Part shown: positions 11,708 to 22,616 of the stretch, one piece after another
Layout: every line of letters begins with the position of its first letter
Numbering within the stretch: position 1 is the first letter of the stretch
From: Dimorphilus gyrociliatus
Lineage: Eukaryota; Animalia; Annelida
Assembly: GCA_904063045.1 (NCBI GenBank)
Contig: CAJFCJ010000095.1
Span: 1 to 40,213, forward strand
Length of the DNA stretch: 40,213 nucleotides
Reading direction: 5' to 3'
The notes under the pieces: generated by a model
What the model was told of the DNA's origin: nothing
The model's database searches: none
What the model saw: the letters and a program-made list of their open reading frames with translations, nothing else
Made by a program: the position numbers and the translations under genes

Positions 11708-12487
11708 AATATGACGCAGTTGACAGCCCACAATGCTACTTCAATGAATGTTATTTTGGTTTATGAGAATGACAAAGCCAGAGCCAAGGAAGTAGATGAG
11801 TATCTTTCAAAAATTAATGAATTAATGTGGAGAATTAAAAGTAGTGGAGCCAAAGTTGATGGTAATAGCTTTTTAAAGTACCATTTGATGACTGAGGCAG
11901 CTGCAATTCCTGAAGGTATGCTTAATCCTGATCCTACTCAACCAAAATTCAGTTATGATGGCATTCAAGATAATGCTTTGGAAAAGACAATTGCAAGTCT
12001 TCTAATTGATGCTAATGAGAAACCTAATACTACTTTGCTGAGACCCTATCCTGGTAGCAAAGATACTTGGGCCTTTAAGAGGAACTTTCAATCAGCTTGT
12101 GAATTAAACCTTTGGGATACAGAAGAGAAAAGAGTTCGAATGCTGAGAAAATACACTACTGGAAGAGCCAGAGATGTTATTGAAAGTTTACCCTCCATGG
12201 CAAATGAAAATGAAATTTGGGATGCATTGGATGAAGAATTTAATCCAGATCCTATGGCTTACAAAAAAGAAATTGATAGATTGAGACAGTTCAATGATGA
12301 AACTGTCCAAAGTTTTGTTAAAAGAAGTAAAGAACTTGTGGAAAAATTCCTACCATTCAATACAACTGAAATAGCTTCTGTTACTGAAAGAGTTAGAGAA
12401 CTTCAACTGTTAACTGTATTCACGAATGGTCTTAAAGGAAAAATTGTTAATCATGTAGAAAAAGATGGAAAGATTAACTCAGTTTAA
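11639..12487 (+). CDS. gag: Gag (capsid-like) of copy A, no CCHC knuckle visible
   Basis: PYPGSKDTWAFKRNFQSACELNLW...LRKYTTGRARDVI capsid-like pattern, highly similar to 22617-23617. In frame with 12500-14731 across a single TAA at 12485-12487. Confidence 0.85.
   Translation: MIGKDDYSCDEPEIPTITIQQSTNMTQLTAHNATSMNVILVYENDKARAKEVDEYLSKINELMWRIKSSGAKVDGNSFLKYHLMTEAAAIPEGMLNPDPTQPKFSYDGIQDNALEKTIASLLIDANEKPNTTLLRPYPGSKDTWAFKRNFQSACELNLWDTEEKRVRMLRKYTTGRARDVIESLPSMANENEIWDALDEEFNPDPMAYKKEIDRLRQFNDETVQSFVKRSKELVEKFLPFNTTEIASVTERVRELQLLTVFTNGLKGKIVNHVEKDGKINSV
11712..11726 (+). promoter_or_regulatory. Decayed primer-binding site (tRNA-Ser type)
   Basis: TGACGCAGTTGACAG, 4 nt after the LTR end. Two transitions from the copy B PBS TGGCGCAGTCGACAG. 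Confidence 0.7.
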
Positions 12488-12499
12488 CAGTATATTAAA

Positions 12500-14731
12500 T
12501 TGGCAAAAAGAGCAGAAATATTTTTTGATAATGCAAGAAAAGAAAGCGAAAATGAATTCAAACAGTACAAAAGGAGATTTGACAACAATCAGAGTAACTC
12601 AAATCAAAATGAACATACATTTAAACCTTTTAGCAATTATGGCACAGATGAAAGTTCCAGTACTTCTGAAAATTATGATACAGAAACAAGTATTGAATCA
12701 GATCACAGCCCAGACTCAGATTTGGATATAATCAATGGTACAAGCTCATCTGAAGATGAAATTAGTGATTCAACTGATTCTGATAATGGTTCAATGATTG
12801 TTATAGACTCATCTGAGGAAGAGCTTGATAACATAACTGAGCCTGATAATGATTCAATGATTGTTATAGACTCATCTGAAGAAGAGACCAGTAACACAAT
12901 TGAGTCTGACAATGATTCCATAATGGTTATAGACTCATCTGATGAAGAGACTGGAAATATACCTAAGTCTGACAATTACTCAGTTATTCTCATAAATTCC
13001 TCTGAAGAAGAAACTGAAGACTTGGCTATGGAAATGGAAATGAAACCACAATACATAGAATTAGAAGATGGAATAACTATCAAAGTCGAAAAAGAACAAA
13101 AGAAAAATCCAGTAACTCCTGAAATTGAAGAATTACAGTTGGAAAGTATTGAATTTGAACATTTGTCTAATCAAAATGTACACAATATTAATTCAAATAC
13201 ACTAGAAATTGACAATTATTTACATGTGTCCAAAAATAATCTTGACAAGAACAGAGAAGAATTAAAAGAAATGATAAAGAATTATGAAGATATTATTGCT
13301 ACAAATCAGAATGACATTGGTTCACCAGATGTTCCACCAATAGCAATTGAATTATTGGAAGATATAAAGCCTTTCAAACAAAGACCATACAGATTGCCAC
13401 CCAACAAACAGCAGGAATGCAGGGATCAATTAAATGGATTATTGGAAAATGGTCTAATTAGAGCAAGCAAAAGCCAATGGGCTTCACCCATTGTTTTTGT
13501 GAAAAAGAAAGAAGGAACATTAAGAATGTGTGTGGATTACAGAAAACTTAACAAGCAATCAAAAAAGAATTGTTATCCAATCCCACATCAGGAAGATTTA
13601 TTTGATAAGCTTGGAGGAGGCCACAAATATTTTTCTATATTGGATTTAACAAGTGCATTTCATCATATTCCAATTAAAGAAGAAGATAAGGAGAAAACTG
13701 CTTTTATTACACCATTTGGTTTATTTGAATTCAACAGCATGCCATTTGGTTTGGCTAATGCACCTTCACACTTCAGCTATATCATGGCAAATTTTGTTAT
13801 TAATGGATTGGAAAACTTCTGCATTAATTATATGGATGATATTATAGTTTTTACCAAAACATTGGAAGAACACTTTGTAGCTCTACAGAAACTTATGGAA
13901 AGAATCAAGGAAAAAGACTTTAGAATTAAACTGAGCAAATGTGCATTCTTACAAGAATCAGTTCAATTCCTTGGTCATAGAATTACACAGAATGGTATTG
14001 AAACTGATCCTGAAAAGATTCAGAAAATAAAAGATGCCAAATTACCTATGTTTGCAAATACTCTGTTGAGTTTTATGGCATTTTGTGGTTATTATAGAAG
14101 ATTTGTTAAAGATTTTGCAAAAATCACAAAACCTTTGAGAGAATTATTAAAAGTACACCAAAAGACAGAAAAACTGAAATGGACAAAAAAAGCAGAGGAA
14201 GCTTATGAAACACTAAGGAATGCAATGACAGAGCCCCCAATCCTTCAACTGCCAGACTTTACTAAATCATTCTATTTAACAACAGATGCTTCTAATTATG
14301 CAGTTGGTGCAGTTCTAGAACAAGAATGGGAAGAAGATGGAAAGAAAATAAGAAAACCAATTTCTTTTGCTTCCAAGCTCCTAATCAATACACAACTAAG
14401 ATATGCAGCTTATCAAAAAGAGGCTTTTGCAGTATATTGGGCAGTACTAAAATTCTCCCATTATCTACAGTATAAGAAATTTTTTCTCTACACTGATCAC
14501 CAAAATTTGGTACAAACATTTGTACAAAACAAACTGAATACAAGTACTGTTAAATGGGTGATGGCACTTATGGATATGGATTTTGAGATAATATACATAC
14601 CAGGAAGAACTAATAGAGCAGACTGGATATCAAGAATTGGTGAAACTGATGAAGTAATTGATTTTTGTAATTTACTTAAGGAAAGATTAAATGAAGCTAT
14701 ATCTACAAAAATTGAAAGATTTAATTTCTAA
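12500..14731 (+). CDS. pol: Gag C-terminus + acidic spacer + reverse transcriptase + RNase H
   Basis: Gypsy RT motifs QWASPIVFVKKKEGTLRMCVDYRKLN, LDLTSAFHHIPI, MPFGLANAP, YMDDIIVF, FLGHRI. RNase H motifs TDASNYAVGAVL, EAFAVYWAV, YTDHQNL, IPGRTNRADWISR. Confidence 0.95.
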   Translation: MAKRAEIFFDNARKESENEFKQYKRRFDNNQSNSNQNEHTFKPFSNYGTDESSSTSENYDTETSIESDHSPDSDLDIINGTSSSEDEISDSTDSDNGSMIVIDSSEEELDNITEPDNDSMIVIDSSEEETSNTIESDNDSIMVIDSSDEETGNIPKSDNYSVILINSSEEETEDLAMEMEMKPQYIELEDGITIKVEKEQKKNPVTPEIEELQLESIEFEHLSNQNVHNINSNTLEIDNYLHVSKNNLDKNREELKEMIKNYEDIIATNQNDIGSPDVPPIAIELLEDIKPFKQRPYRLPPNKQQECRDQLNGLLENGLIRASKSQWASPIVFVKKKEGTLRMCVDYRKLNKQSKKNCYPIPHQEDLFDKLGGGHKYFSILDLTSAFHHIPIKEEDKEKTAFITPFGLFEFNSMPFGLANAPSHFSYIMANFVINGLENFCINYMDDIIVFTKTLEEHFVALQKLMERIKEKDFRIKLSKCAFLQESVQFLGHRITQNGIETDPEKIQKIKDAKLPMFANTLLSFMAFCGYYRRFVKDFAKITKPLRELLKVHQKTEKLKWTKKAEEAYETLRNAMTEPPILQLPDFTKSFYLTTDASNYAVGAVLEQEWEEDGKKIRKPISFASKLLINTQLRYAAYQKEAFAVYWAVLKFSHYLQYKKFFLYTDHQNLVQTFVQNKLNTSTVKWVMALMDMDFEIIYIPGRTNRADWISRIGETDEVIDFCNLLKERLNEAISTKIERFNF
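12782..13033 (+). repeat. Four tandem 63-bp (21-aa) acidic repeats within pol
   Basis: Units start at 12782, 12845, 12908 and 12971: DNGSMIVIDSSEEE, DNDSMIVIDSSEEE, DNDSIMVIDSSDEE, DNYSVILINSSEEE. Confidence 0.9.
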
Positions 14732-15990
14732 AGGCAGAATCAATGAATACGATTTGCACATTATAGTTAATGAGATTATGGATTCTCTAGATATCAATAA
14801 AATGTTTGGAATTCTTGAGTCCACAATAGTGTGGAATACAATGGTGTACTTTGTTGTATTGTAATTGTAGGAAGTCCTAGCTCGTCACTATCAAATTCGT
14901 CCTCTCCAATCATTTACCAATGTGCCAAAGTACTGGTCCAAATAGAACCTTTCAAGTTTGTCCACAAGTAGTCTTAATAAATGTAATTCCAGTAAAAATT
15001 AACCAACAAACACCAGTATTTCATTCAAAGAATATGTATTTGAGTAAATGAGTTTCTAGTTCTAAACAAGCAAGTTTGAACAACCAGCTGATGGTTAGAA
15101 AACTGAACTGACTACTGTTAAATTCATAGGGTTTATATACTTTTCCAATAGTTCACAGTTCACAGATAAAAATATTCACACAAACAAATGTAACAATTTG
15201 GATAAAGGGAAAGTTCAAATATACTTCCATGTTTGTTACTTTTTCTTTATCTTGGAGAACTTTTGCTCCCTATTTTAGTAGGTCAGAAAGTTGCCTAAGA
15301 TGTAACAATTATTAATAGAAGTTGGATTGATTCCAAAACACAAAAATAGGAAAAGGTCAACTTGATGCCGTTTTAATATACAACAAATTATTAATAATAA
15401 TTGTTTGTGTAAGATAATATGTTTCTGTGTAAAGGACTGGTAGGATAAAAGTATTAAACTTAATCATTCAATATAGTATTGTGCATACAATACTGTTGAA
15501 AAGTGACAATAATCTAAAAGCTCCAAATATAAATAGAATAGTGGAAGATATAATTAATATTCATTAAATATGATGTGTATAATAATTAGGGTTAACATCT
15601 AAGTTGTAAAATACTTTTACAACTTAGTTTAAATAGTGTATGTTATAGTTTTAGGTGTGTAGAGTACTCTATAATACTCTTTCAATATTGCTTTCCATTG
15701 ATGAATGAAATGTAACAATTTGGGTGTATTGTGTGAATTTGTGAGCCTGGTTACAAGCTTATGTGTTTAGTACCTACAAACTGCCTAAATGTGTACAAAT
15801 GGAAAAGAAAAATCATGAAAAATTACATCTTTTAATTCAAGTTATAACAAAAAAAATTGATTATGCAGAATGTGCAAGCAAAATAGTTGAGGATTGCATA
15901 AATCTGGTGAATAATACCAGCTTTGATGTGAAGAAATGTGAACAATTCATATAGATGTATGGATTGATTCTCTATTCGAAAAATTAAAAA
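14641..15990 (+). pseudogene. DED/death-fold-like coding relic joined to the end of RNase H and split by a solo LTR
   Basis: Removing the solo LTR plus one TSD copy rejoins one frame: (fs at about 14702) LQKLKDLISKGRINEYDLHII...KMFGILESTIVWNTM|EKKNHEKLHLLIQVITKKIDYAECASKIVEDC. It resembles DED helix patterns by eye. Confidence 0.5.
14845..15797 (-). mobile_element. Solo LTR (953 bp) of the copy B subfamily
   Basis: TGTAC...GTACA termini, 5-bp TSD AATGG at 14840-14844 and 15798-15802. I counted about 8 differences from LTR 23549-24500 by eye. Confidence 0.95.
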
Positions 15991-16113
15991 AGAAAACCAA
16001 TTTGACCAAAAAAATTACATTGACACAAACACTGCAATTTCTAAATTGCAATTGCTAAATTTGTAGTAATGTAAATTTGAAATTTGATATATGTATCTTA
16101 TCTTGAAAGCTTT

Positions 16114-16685
16114 TTAGTAGTTTACCATATTAAAGTCATATTCTTCAACAGTTATATTAGGACATACAATGTGTCTATCCCATTCTCCTCTGAAGTCAAC
16201 TGAGATATTATTGTTTATTCCTGGTCTCTCTTCATTCAAGTTATAATGGTTAGTACTTTGCTTCTTGTTACAAAGTTTTAACAGATTATTTAAACAGTTT
16301 AATCTATTTTTCTGAAACAAGCTTAATAACCTCTTATTAATCAATCAAACAAAAACAAAAACATCTAACAACAGCAAATAATCTATTTGCAATAATTATA
16401 AGTATCAATGCCAAATATTTCATTCAACTTAATAAAACACAGTTGAAAATCATATCTCTCTTGCAGTTTTCTCTTTATAGTAGACATTTTCTGAACACAT
16501 TGATGTATTTCAGACTGCATATCATCATTGGTCTCCTTGTTGAATAATCTCATCAGAGTATTCTTTTTCTCAGATATGGTGATGTATAAGTTGAATGAGT
16601 CAGTTTCATCCAGATTTTCCAGATTATTATCAATGTTGATCAAGATTTCGTAATGATTTTGAACTTTTACCATCCAAGCTTCCAT
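16114..16685 (-). CDS. Two adjacent uncharacterised helical ORFs, possibly one broken or spliced gene
   Basis: ORFs 16383-16685 (ATG start) and 16114-16344 with coding-like composition in AT-rich DNA. No recognisable motif. Confidence 0.3.
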
Positions 16686-18869
16686 AGTCTTTCAAAAAGG
16701 AAACAATTATTATTATTATTATGAACAATTGAAAATTGTCAAAATATAAATAACAATATGACATCTTTTTCAGTAACTACTTGATGAATTTTCATCAAAT
16801 TTTGACCAAAATGTGAGCAAGAAAGATAACTTATAAGATATAAAACCTACAACTCTATAAAAATTAATCCAAATTTAGCTATTTTATTAAATATAAAAAA
16901 TTTGTTTCTTAATAATTTTAACTAATTTCAAATAGAGATCAATACAAGATTGGAAAAGAATACATTGTAAGGACGAATTTGCTTTAAATTTGAAATACAT
17001 CCACTAAGAAATAACTGAGATATGAATCAAAACAAATTAAAAAAGTTTCCAGTTTTTTTAAATATTGAAAATGAAATTTAGACAGCTTATTACAGAAATC
17101 AAGATAAAATAGGCAAAATTTTATACAGATTTTATTAAATCCTACAGTGAAAAGTATTAAAACCACCTATTTGACCTACATTTGTCTCATGGCATTGAAT
17201 TTAAACTTAGTTAATTGACCTAGAAAATGACCTATGTATCATTTTTTGACCTAGCTCCTAAATTACTCAACCAATTTAATTCAAATTTTTTTAAAAATGT
17301 CATTCTTTAAATTTCCTAATACTATATGCTGAAGAGGACAGCATTGAAAGGTCATGTGACCAAAAAAAAGTAAATGCGTAAAACATCTAATTTCTTAAAA
17401 ATTTGGCAAAACCATATAATTTTAATTAGTTTGAAAGACCCTGAGACACACCTATGAATTGTTTAAACCACTTTAATTGAGAGAAAGGCAAAAGGAACAG
17501 CTTATGTAAGATTTTCTGGATTGAGAGATCAAATCAGGTAAGGAAGATATTTGGATAGTTGTTGATAAGACTGAAGAAAAGAAATCAAGAATTAATAAAA
17601 TTGATGAACCAATAAGAAATATAATTAAACTTACAAAGTCAAAAATTGCAATAAAAAACTGAGCAGAAGCAGTAGGAAACTTAAATCTGGAAAATAGAAA
17701 AACAGTAAAATATAAACATGTAAATATTGTTAATATTTGATGTTTACCTGTCAGTAGCTGAGAAGTGAATGATTCTCTACAAAATTGTCACAGGTATTTA
17801 TACTAAATGATATTGTATCAAAAGTGTTCAAAGGAGTGACTTGTTTGGACACTTGAACAATAGCTTATCTATTGATGTCTTGCTTGGATGGGGATGTTTA
17901 ACAGATAATTAATTCATTGGGAAAGATTTGTTTTAGGTAGGCATAGCAAAGGTACAATATCAAACAGCATCAAAGAAAGTAAATTTTTTTCTTTCCTATT
18001 AAAAATCTGTTAATGGATTTATAATCATGATAAAATTTCAATGAAAATTGATATAAATATCATAAAAATCAAGGAAATATTATAGAAATTGGAATTTTCA
18101 CTGAAATTTGGTATAAATGATAAGGGAATGTTGGTTGATTAAAAGTTGTGAGCAAAGAGAATAGCATTAAAGTATTTAGTACATTTTATTCAAAAAGAAA
18201 AAAGTAGGTTAATTATTTTAGTAAAGAACATGTTGGAAAATATATAAAATATTGATAAATTAAAAGTCAATACAGGAAAAGGCAGGAATTTAAAAAATTA
18301 ATATGCAAACAAGTTAATTTAATAATTGTAAAATATATAAACATCACAAGCAAATATCTGCAATTCAATTCTCTACAAGCTATTCTAATTAGAATATATT
18401 AATATTCACCAATCTTCACATCAGATAGAAATATGAATAAGAAAATAATAATCATATATAAATAAAGATGTATATATATGTGCTTAGGGTTATTTTTATT
18501 GGAATATGTACTTTAAAATGTTTGTTTTGCTTAGATCATTTCCCACTCTATCATCAATTTTTCAAAATCTTCCAAAAATATTTTTCCTTATTAATTATCA
18601 AGATTGATCACATTAGCTTTCAATAAACAACTATAGTTTCCTACAAAATAATTGATAATAGGTTAACTTCTATGGGAGATGTTTACTAATTAGATTGATT
18701 AACAAACACTTCTACATAGAGATTTTAAACAAGCAACTTTTGCTGACCTTGTTTGGCAATAAAACAATTGTTCAATAGTTTAAATCATAGCTACTCTTTA
18801 TCTTTTAGAGACAAACATGCACATTGCTAAATAAACAAATTTGCCTTTATATACCTGTGTTCTTCCCAT

Positions 18870-19740
18870 TCTAGATATCGTCACCATAGAGTGAACACTT
18901 ACTTGCTATCATCAATCATTGGTAAGGATAACCTTCTTTCTAATTTTTTAGCATCAAGTCTTTGGCTAAACATATACAAACTATATATCATTGGAATCGT
19001 CTGATTATGCTCTTTAACCTCATGTAAACATTGGCGCAGTTATGGAAAAAAATTTTATGCAAAAAAAATTGTTCTATTCATTTCTCTAAAATTTTTTTAC
19101 AGTGATTTCCTGATTCCTTACGCCTTCAGTTTACTGTGCTTCCTTTCTGATAAAAAATCAAGAAAGAGGTACTGTCTTTTTCATTTATCAGTACATTATA
19201 TTTAAATTTATTTATTTTTTCATACAGATTTTAACATTCTACAATTGCCAAAAAGAAATTGAATATTGTAAAGTAATTCACTACCTTTCTGTGGCCTTTT
19301 TCATTAAACTACTCTATTTTCACACAGATTACAGACTCTTCTGGTCATTCTATTGAAGTTGTAAGTGGAAACATTCCACATTTGGTAGGTAAAATATAAA
19401 ACATCAAATGTTTGAATAGAAATTTTTGGGTGAATATAGACATATTATATATCACTAGAATCGTCTTTTTAAGCTCTTTCACCTCGTATATATATTTCAG
19501 GTTGATTCATAAAAAAAATGCACACTGAAATATTTCAATACAAATTATATGAATGTATGATAATGTTCTATGCTTTACTAATCATGTTTTATTTCTTTCA
19601 AAGCCAAACATACGCCCACAATCAAATTAATACATCTCTAACATTGGCCACTGCTATCTAATATCCTATTTCCTCCTCTTCCCTATATCTCCTCAAGACT
19701 ATTTTTGGTTCTACAAAAACATGGCAGTTTCAAAGTAAGT
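18870..19740 (+). pseudogene. Decayed multi-exon gene (possibly a membrane protein) with tiny introns
   Basis: Series of AG/GT-bounded 40-130 bp blocks encoding e.g. YRHHRVNTYLLSSII, SSLWLNIYKLYIIG, DFLIPYAFSLLCFL, ITDSSGHSIEVVSGNIPHL and HWPLLSNILFPPLPYISSRLFLVLQKHGSFK, with in-frame stops. Family not identified. Confidence 0.3.
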
Positions 19741-20378
19741 TATATGTTTTGTTTTATGCAACCAGGTTCACTTCTAGCTTTTGCAAGTTTTGAACCTTGT
19801 TTTATGTCAGTACAGATAGGGAGAAACATTAGGAATTTATAAAAGAAAAAAAAATATCTGATCAAGTTGACTGGTAGGCTAAGAATAGGTAATAATTCTA
19901 AGAAGAATACTATTATTGCATAAGTTTTAAGTTAACCACAAATATCTATTGAAAAACAATAAATTTGAATTGTAAAAAGTATTAAGAAAGAACTGAAGGA
20001 ATAAAAAAACAGTTATGGCGCCATAACTCCTTTAGTAGACAAGGTAAACACTTTATGATAGGTTTAATTAAGCTTAAAATCTATTGAGTAGAACAGCCAG
20101 AAAATTACTTTTTCCAATTTTTTTTTATTATACTGATAGAATTTATATTATTTTAGTTTAAAGGATTATATTTTGCACATATTGATCTGTAGTATATCCT
20201 ATTTAAGCTTTTACAAAATTTGTAATAGTAGCTATAATATTAAACATATTCAATTGACTTTCAGCAAAAAGAAAGATTTAATGTAGGTGTAAATATTTCC
20301 ATTACTAGATTTTCAATATATATAACAGATTTGAAGTTATTTGCCATTCTATATTTTTTATAAAAGTTAATTTCTTAG

Positions 20379-20987
20379 NNNNNNNNNNNNNNNNNNNNNN
20401 NNNNNNNNNNNNNNNNNNNNNNNNNNNNNNNNNNNNNNNNNNNNNNNNNNNNNNNNNNNNNNNNNNNNNNNNNNNNNNNNNNNNNNNNNNNNNNNNNNNN
20501 NNNNNNNNNNNNNNNNNNNNNNNNNNNNNNNNNNNNNNNNNNNNNNNNNNNNNNNNNNNNNNNNNNNNNNNNNNNNNNNNNNNNNNNNNNNNNNNNNNNN
20601 NNNNNNNNNNNNNNNNNNNNNNNNNNNNNNNNNNNNNNNNNNNNNNNNNNNNNNNNNNNNNNNNNNNNNNNNNNNNNNNNNNNNNNNNNNNNNNNNNNNN
20701 NNNNNNNNNNNNNNNNNNNNNNNNNNNNNNNNNNNNNNNNNNNNNNNNNNNNNNNNNNNNNNNNNNNNNNNNNNNNNNNNNNNNNNNNNNNNNNNNNNNN
20801 NNNNNNNNNNNNNNNNNNNNNNNNNNNNNNNNNNNNNNNNNNNNNNNNNNNNNNNNNNNNNNNNNNNNNNNNNNNNNNNNNNNNNNNNNNNNNNNNNNNN
20901 NNNNNNNNNNNNNNNNNNNNNNNNNNNNNNNNNNNNNNNNNNNNNNNNNNNNNNNNNNNNNNNNNNNNNNNNNNNNNNNNNNNNNNN
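20379..20987. other. Assembly gap (run of N)
   Basis: 609 consecutive N. The true size is unknown. Confidence 1.
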
Positions 20988-21990
20988 TAAATTCAAATAG
21001 ACCAAATGGTGTTATGAAAGCAGTTTTTTCTTTGTCTTCTTCCTTGATAGGGATGTGGTGAAATGCACTTGTCAATCCAAGATGGAAAAGTATTTATGTC
21101 TCCTCCAAGTTTGTCAAATAAATCTTCTTGGTGTGGGATTGGATAACAATTCTTTTTGAATGCTTGTTAAGTTTTCTGTAATCTACACACATTCTTAATG
21201 TTCCTTCTTTCTTTTCACAAAAACATTGGTGAAGCCCATTGGCTTTTGCTTGCTCTAATCAAACCATTTGCTAATAATCCATTAAGTTGTTCCCTACATT
21301 CCTGTTGTTTGTTGGGTGGTAATCTGTATGGTCTTTGTTTAAAAGGTTTCACATCTTCCAATAATTCAATTGCCATTGGTGGAACATCTGGTGAGCCAAT
21401 GTCATTTTGATTTGTAGCAATAATGTCTTCATAATTCTGATGATTTCTTTCAATTCTTCCCTGATTTTGTCAGGATTATTTTTGGAAACATGTAAATAGT
21501 TGTCAATTTCTACTGTAGTTGAATTAATGTGGTGTATATTTTGATTAGACATATGTTCAAACTCAACACTTTCTTCTATCTCAGGAGTTGCTGGAGTTTT
21601 CATTTGTTCTTTTTCAACTTTGATAGTTATTCTATCCTTTAATTCTATGTATTGTGTTTTCATTTCCATTTCTGTAATTAATTCTTCAGATTCAGTTTCA
21701 GTTTCTTCAGCAGATGAGTTAACGATAATAACTGAGTCATTGTCTGAATCTGTTGTGTTGCCATTTTCTTCTTCAGATGACTTTATACCATTAACAATAT
21801 CCAAATCTGAGTCTGAGTTATGCTCTGGTTCATTACTCATCTCTGTATCATAATTTTCAGAAGAACTCAAAGTTTCATTTGAGCCATAAGTATTACTTGT
21901 ATCATATCCAGTATCTGGCTCAGTAATATCCATATCTGAATCCACACTATCTGACACTTCAGATGGGTCATCATGTTCATGAGCATATTG
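20988..21990 (-). CDS. pol: Acidic spacer and N-terminal RT of copy B (frameshifted)
   Basis: PFKQRPYRLPPNKQQECREQL, QWASP, MCVDYRKLN and TSAFHHIPIKEEDKEKTAFITPFGLFEF across frames. The spacer has one SVIIVNSSAEE unit. Confidence 0.9.
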
Positions 21991-22015
21991 TCCAATCATT
22001 CCTACAGTTAGTTTG

Positions 22016-22513
22016 TTAGGTTCCTTTGGTTTCTTTTGTGTGTTTGATCCTTTTGTCTTTTTGTAGAAAAGTTTTAACAGGTTCTCCTTTTCTTATAAAG
22101 AATGGGAGTGAAACTTGTTTAATTGCAAAGTTGATTATTGCTCCAGACTTTCTTAAGAAGTCACATCCCAAAATTATTGCCATATCCAATTTTTCCATTA
22201 TAAAGAATTCTTGTTCCATTATTCTTCCAGCAAATTGTATGTTAAGTTTTGCTTTACCTTTAGTTTTCAAAGCATTTCCATCAGCTGAAGTTATTATTGG
22301 TAATGAAGTGGTTTCTTTCTTTACCCATTTTTGGTCCAATAATTTAATTTCTTTTTCAGTGATAAATGACATGAGTGCTCCTGTGTCACATAATGCAATC
22401 ACTTCTCTTCCATTATGATTCTTCAAACGAAATTGGAAATCATCTCTTCCTTTTATTTGAGATGTGCACTTGAAATGTGCAACTTTCTCCTCTTTAAGAT
22501 TAAATATTGCCAT
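22016..22513 (-). CDS. Retropepsin-type aspartic protease of copy B
   Basis: IALCDTGALMSFI catalytic motif and IILGCDFLRKSGAIINF C-terminal motif. Confidence 0.95.
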   Translation of the reverse strand: MAIFNLKEEKVAHFKCTSQIKGRDDFQFRLKNHNGREVIALCDTGALMSFITEKEIKLLDQKWVKKETTSLPIITSADGNALKTKGKAKLNIQFAGRIMEQEFFIMEKLDMAIILGCDFLRKSGAIINFAIKQVSLPFFIRKGEPVKTFLQKDKRIKHTKETKGT

Positions 22514-22616
22514 TGTACCCTTGGAAGTTTCTCTTTCATTAGGTTGATCAGGTTCAGCATGAATTAATCTGTTGAAGGTACCTCTCTCATTTCCAGATCT
22601 TTGGTATTGATGGGTC

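Larger units (their letters stand above)
10897..14640 (+). mobile_element. Ty3/Gypsy LTR retrotransposon copy A (5' LTR, gag, acidic spacer, RT, RNase H; protease deleted, no integrase, no 3' LTR seen)
   Basis: LTR homology to 23549-24500 is clear from about 11045 to 11707. A 5' end at 10897 (TGTATACACATTATGCAG vs TGTACACATTTAGGCAG) is tentative. Decayed PBS and a gag-pol frame follow. Confidence 0.85.

Noticed and set aside
12485-12487. Programmed stop-codon readthrough between gag and pol
   Set aside because: Copy B has a sense codon (ATC) at this position and the stop falls inside gag homology, so it is a mutation or an error.
10897-15797. DIRS-like element with inverted terminal repeats (A leader plus the inverted copy at 14845-15797)
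   Set aside because: The inverted copy has its own AATGG TSD, is a different LTR subfamily from A's LTR, and no tyrosine recombinase is present. It is an independent solo LTR.
17165-17360. Cluster of TGACCT/AGGTCA nuclear-receptor half-sites
   Set aside because: The spacing is irregular, and similar text near 39110-39135 suggests a dispersed repeat remnant. No functional support.
20305-21075. Long ORFs 20305-21075 and 20367-21005
   Set aside because: Artefacts of translating through N. Only 20988-21075 is real RT sequence.
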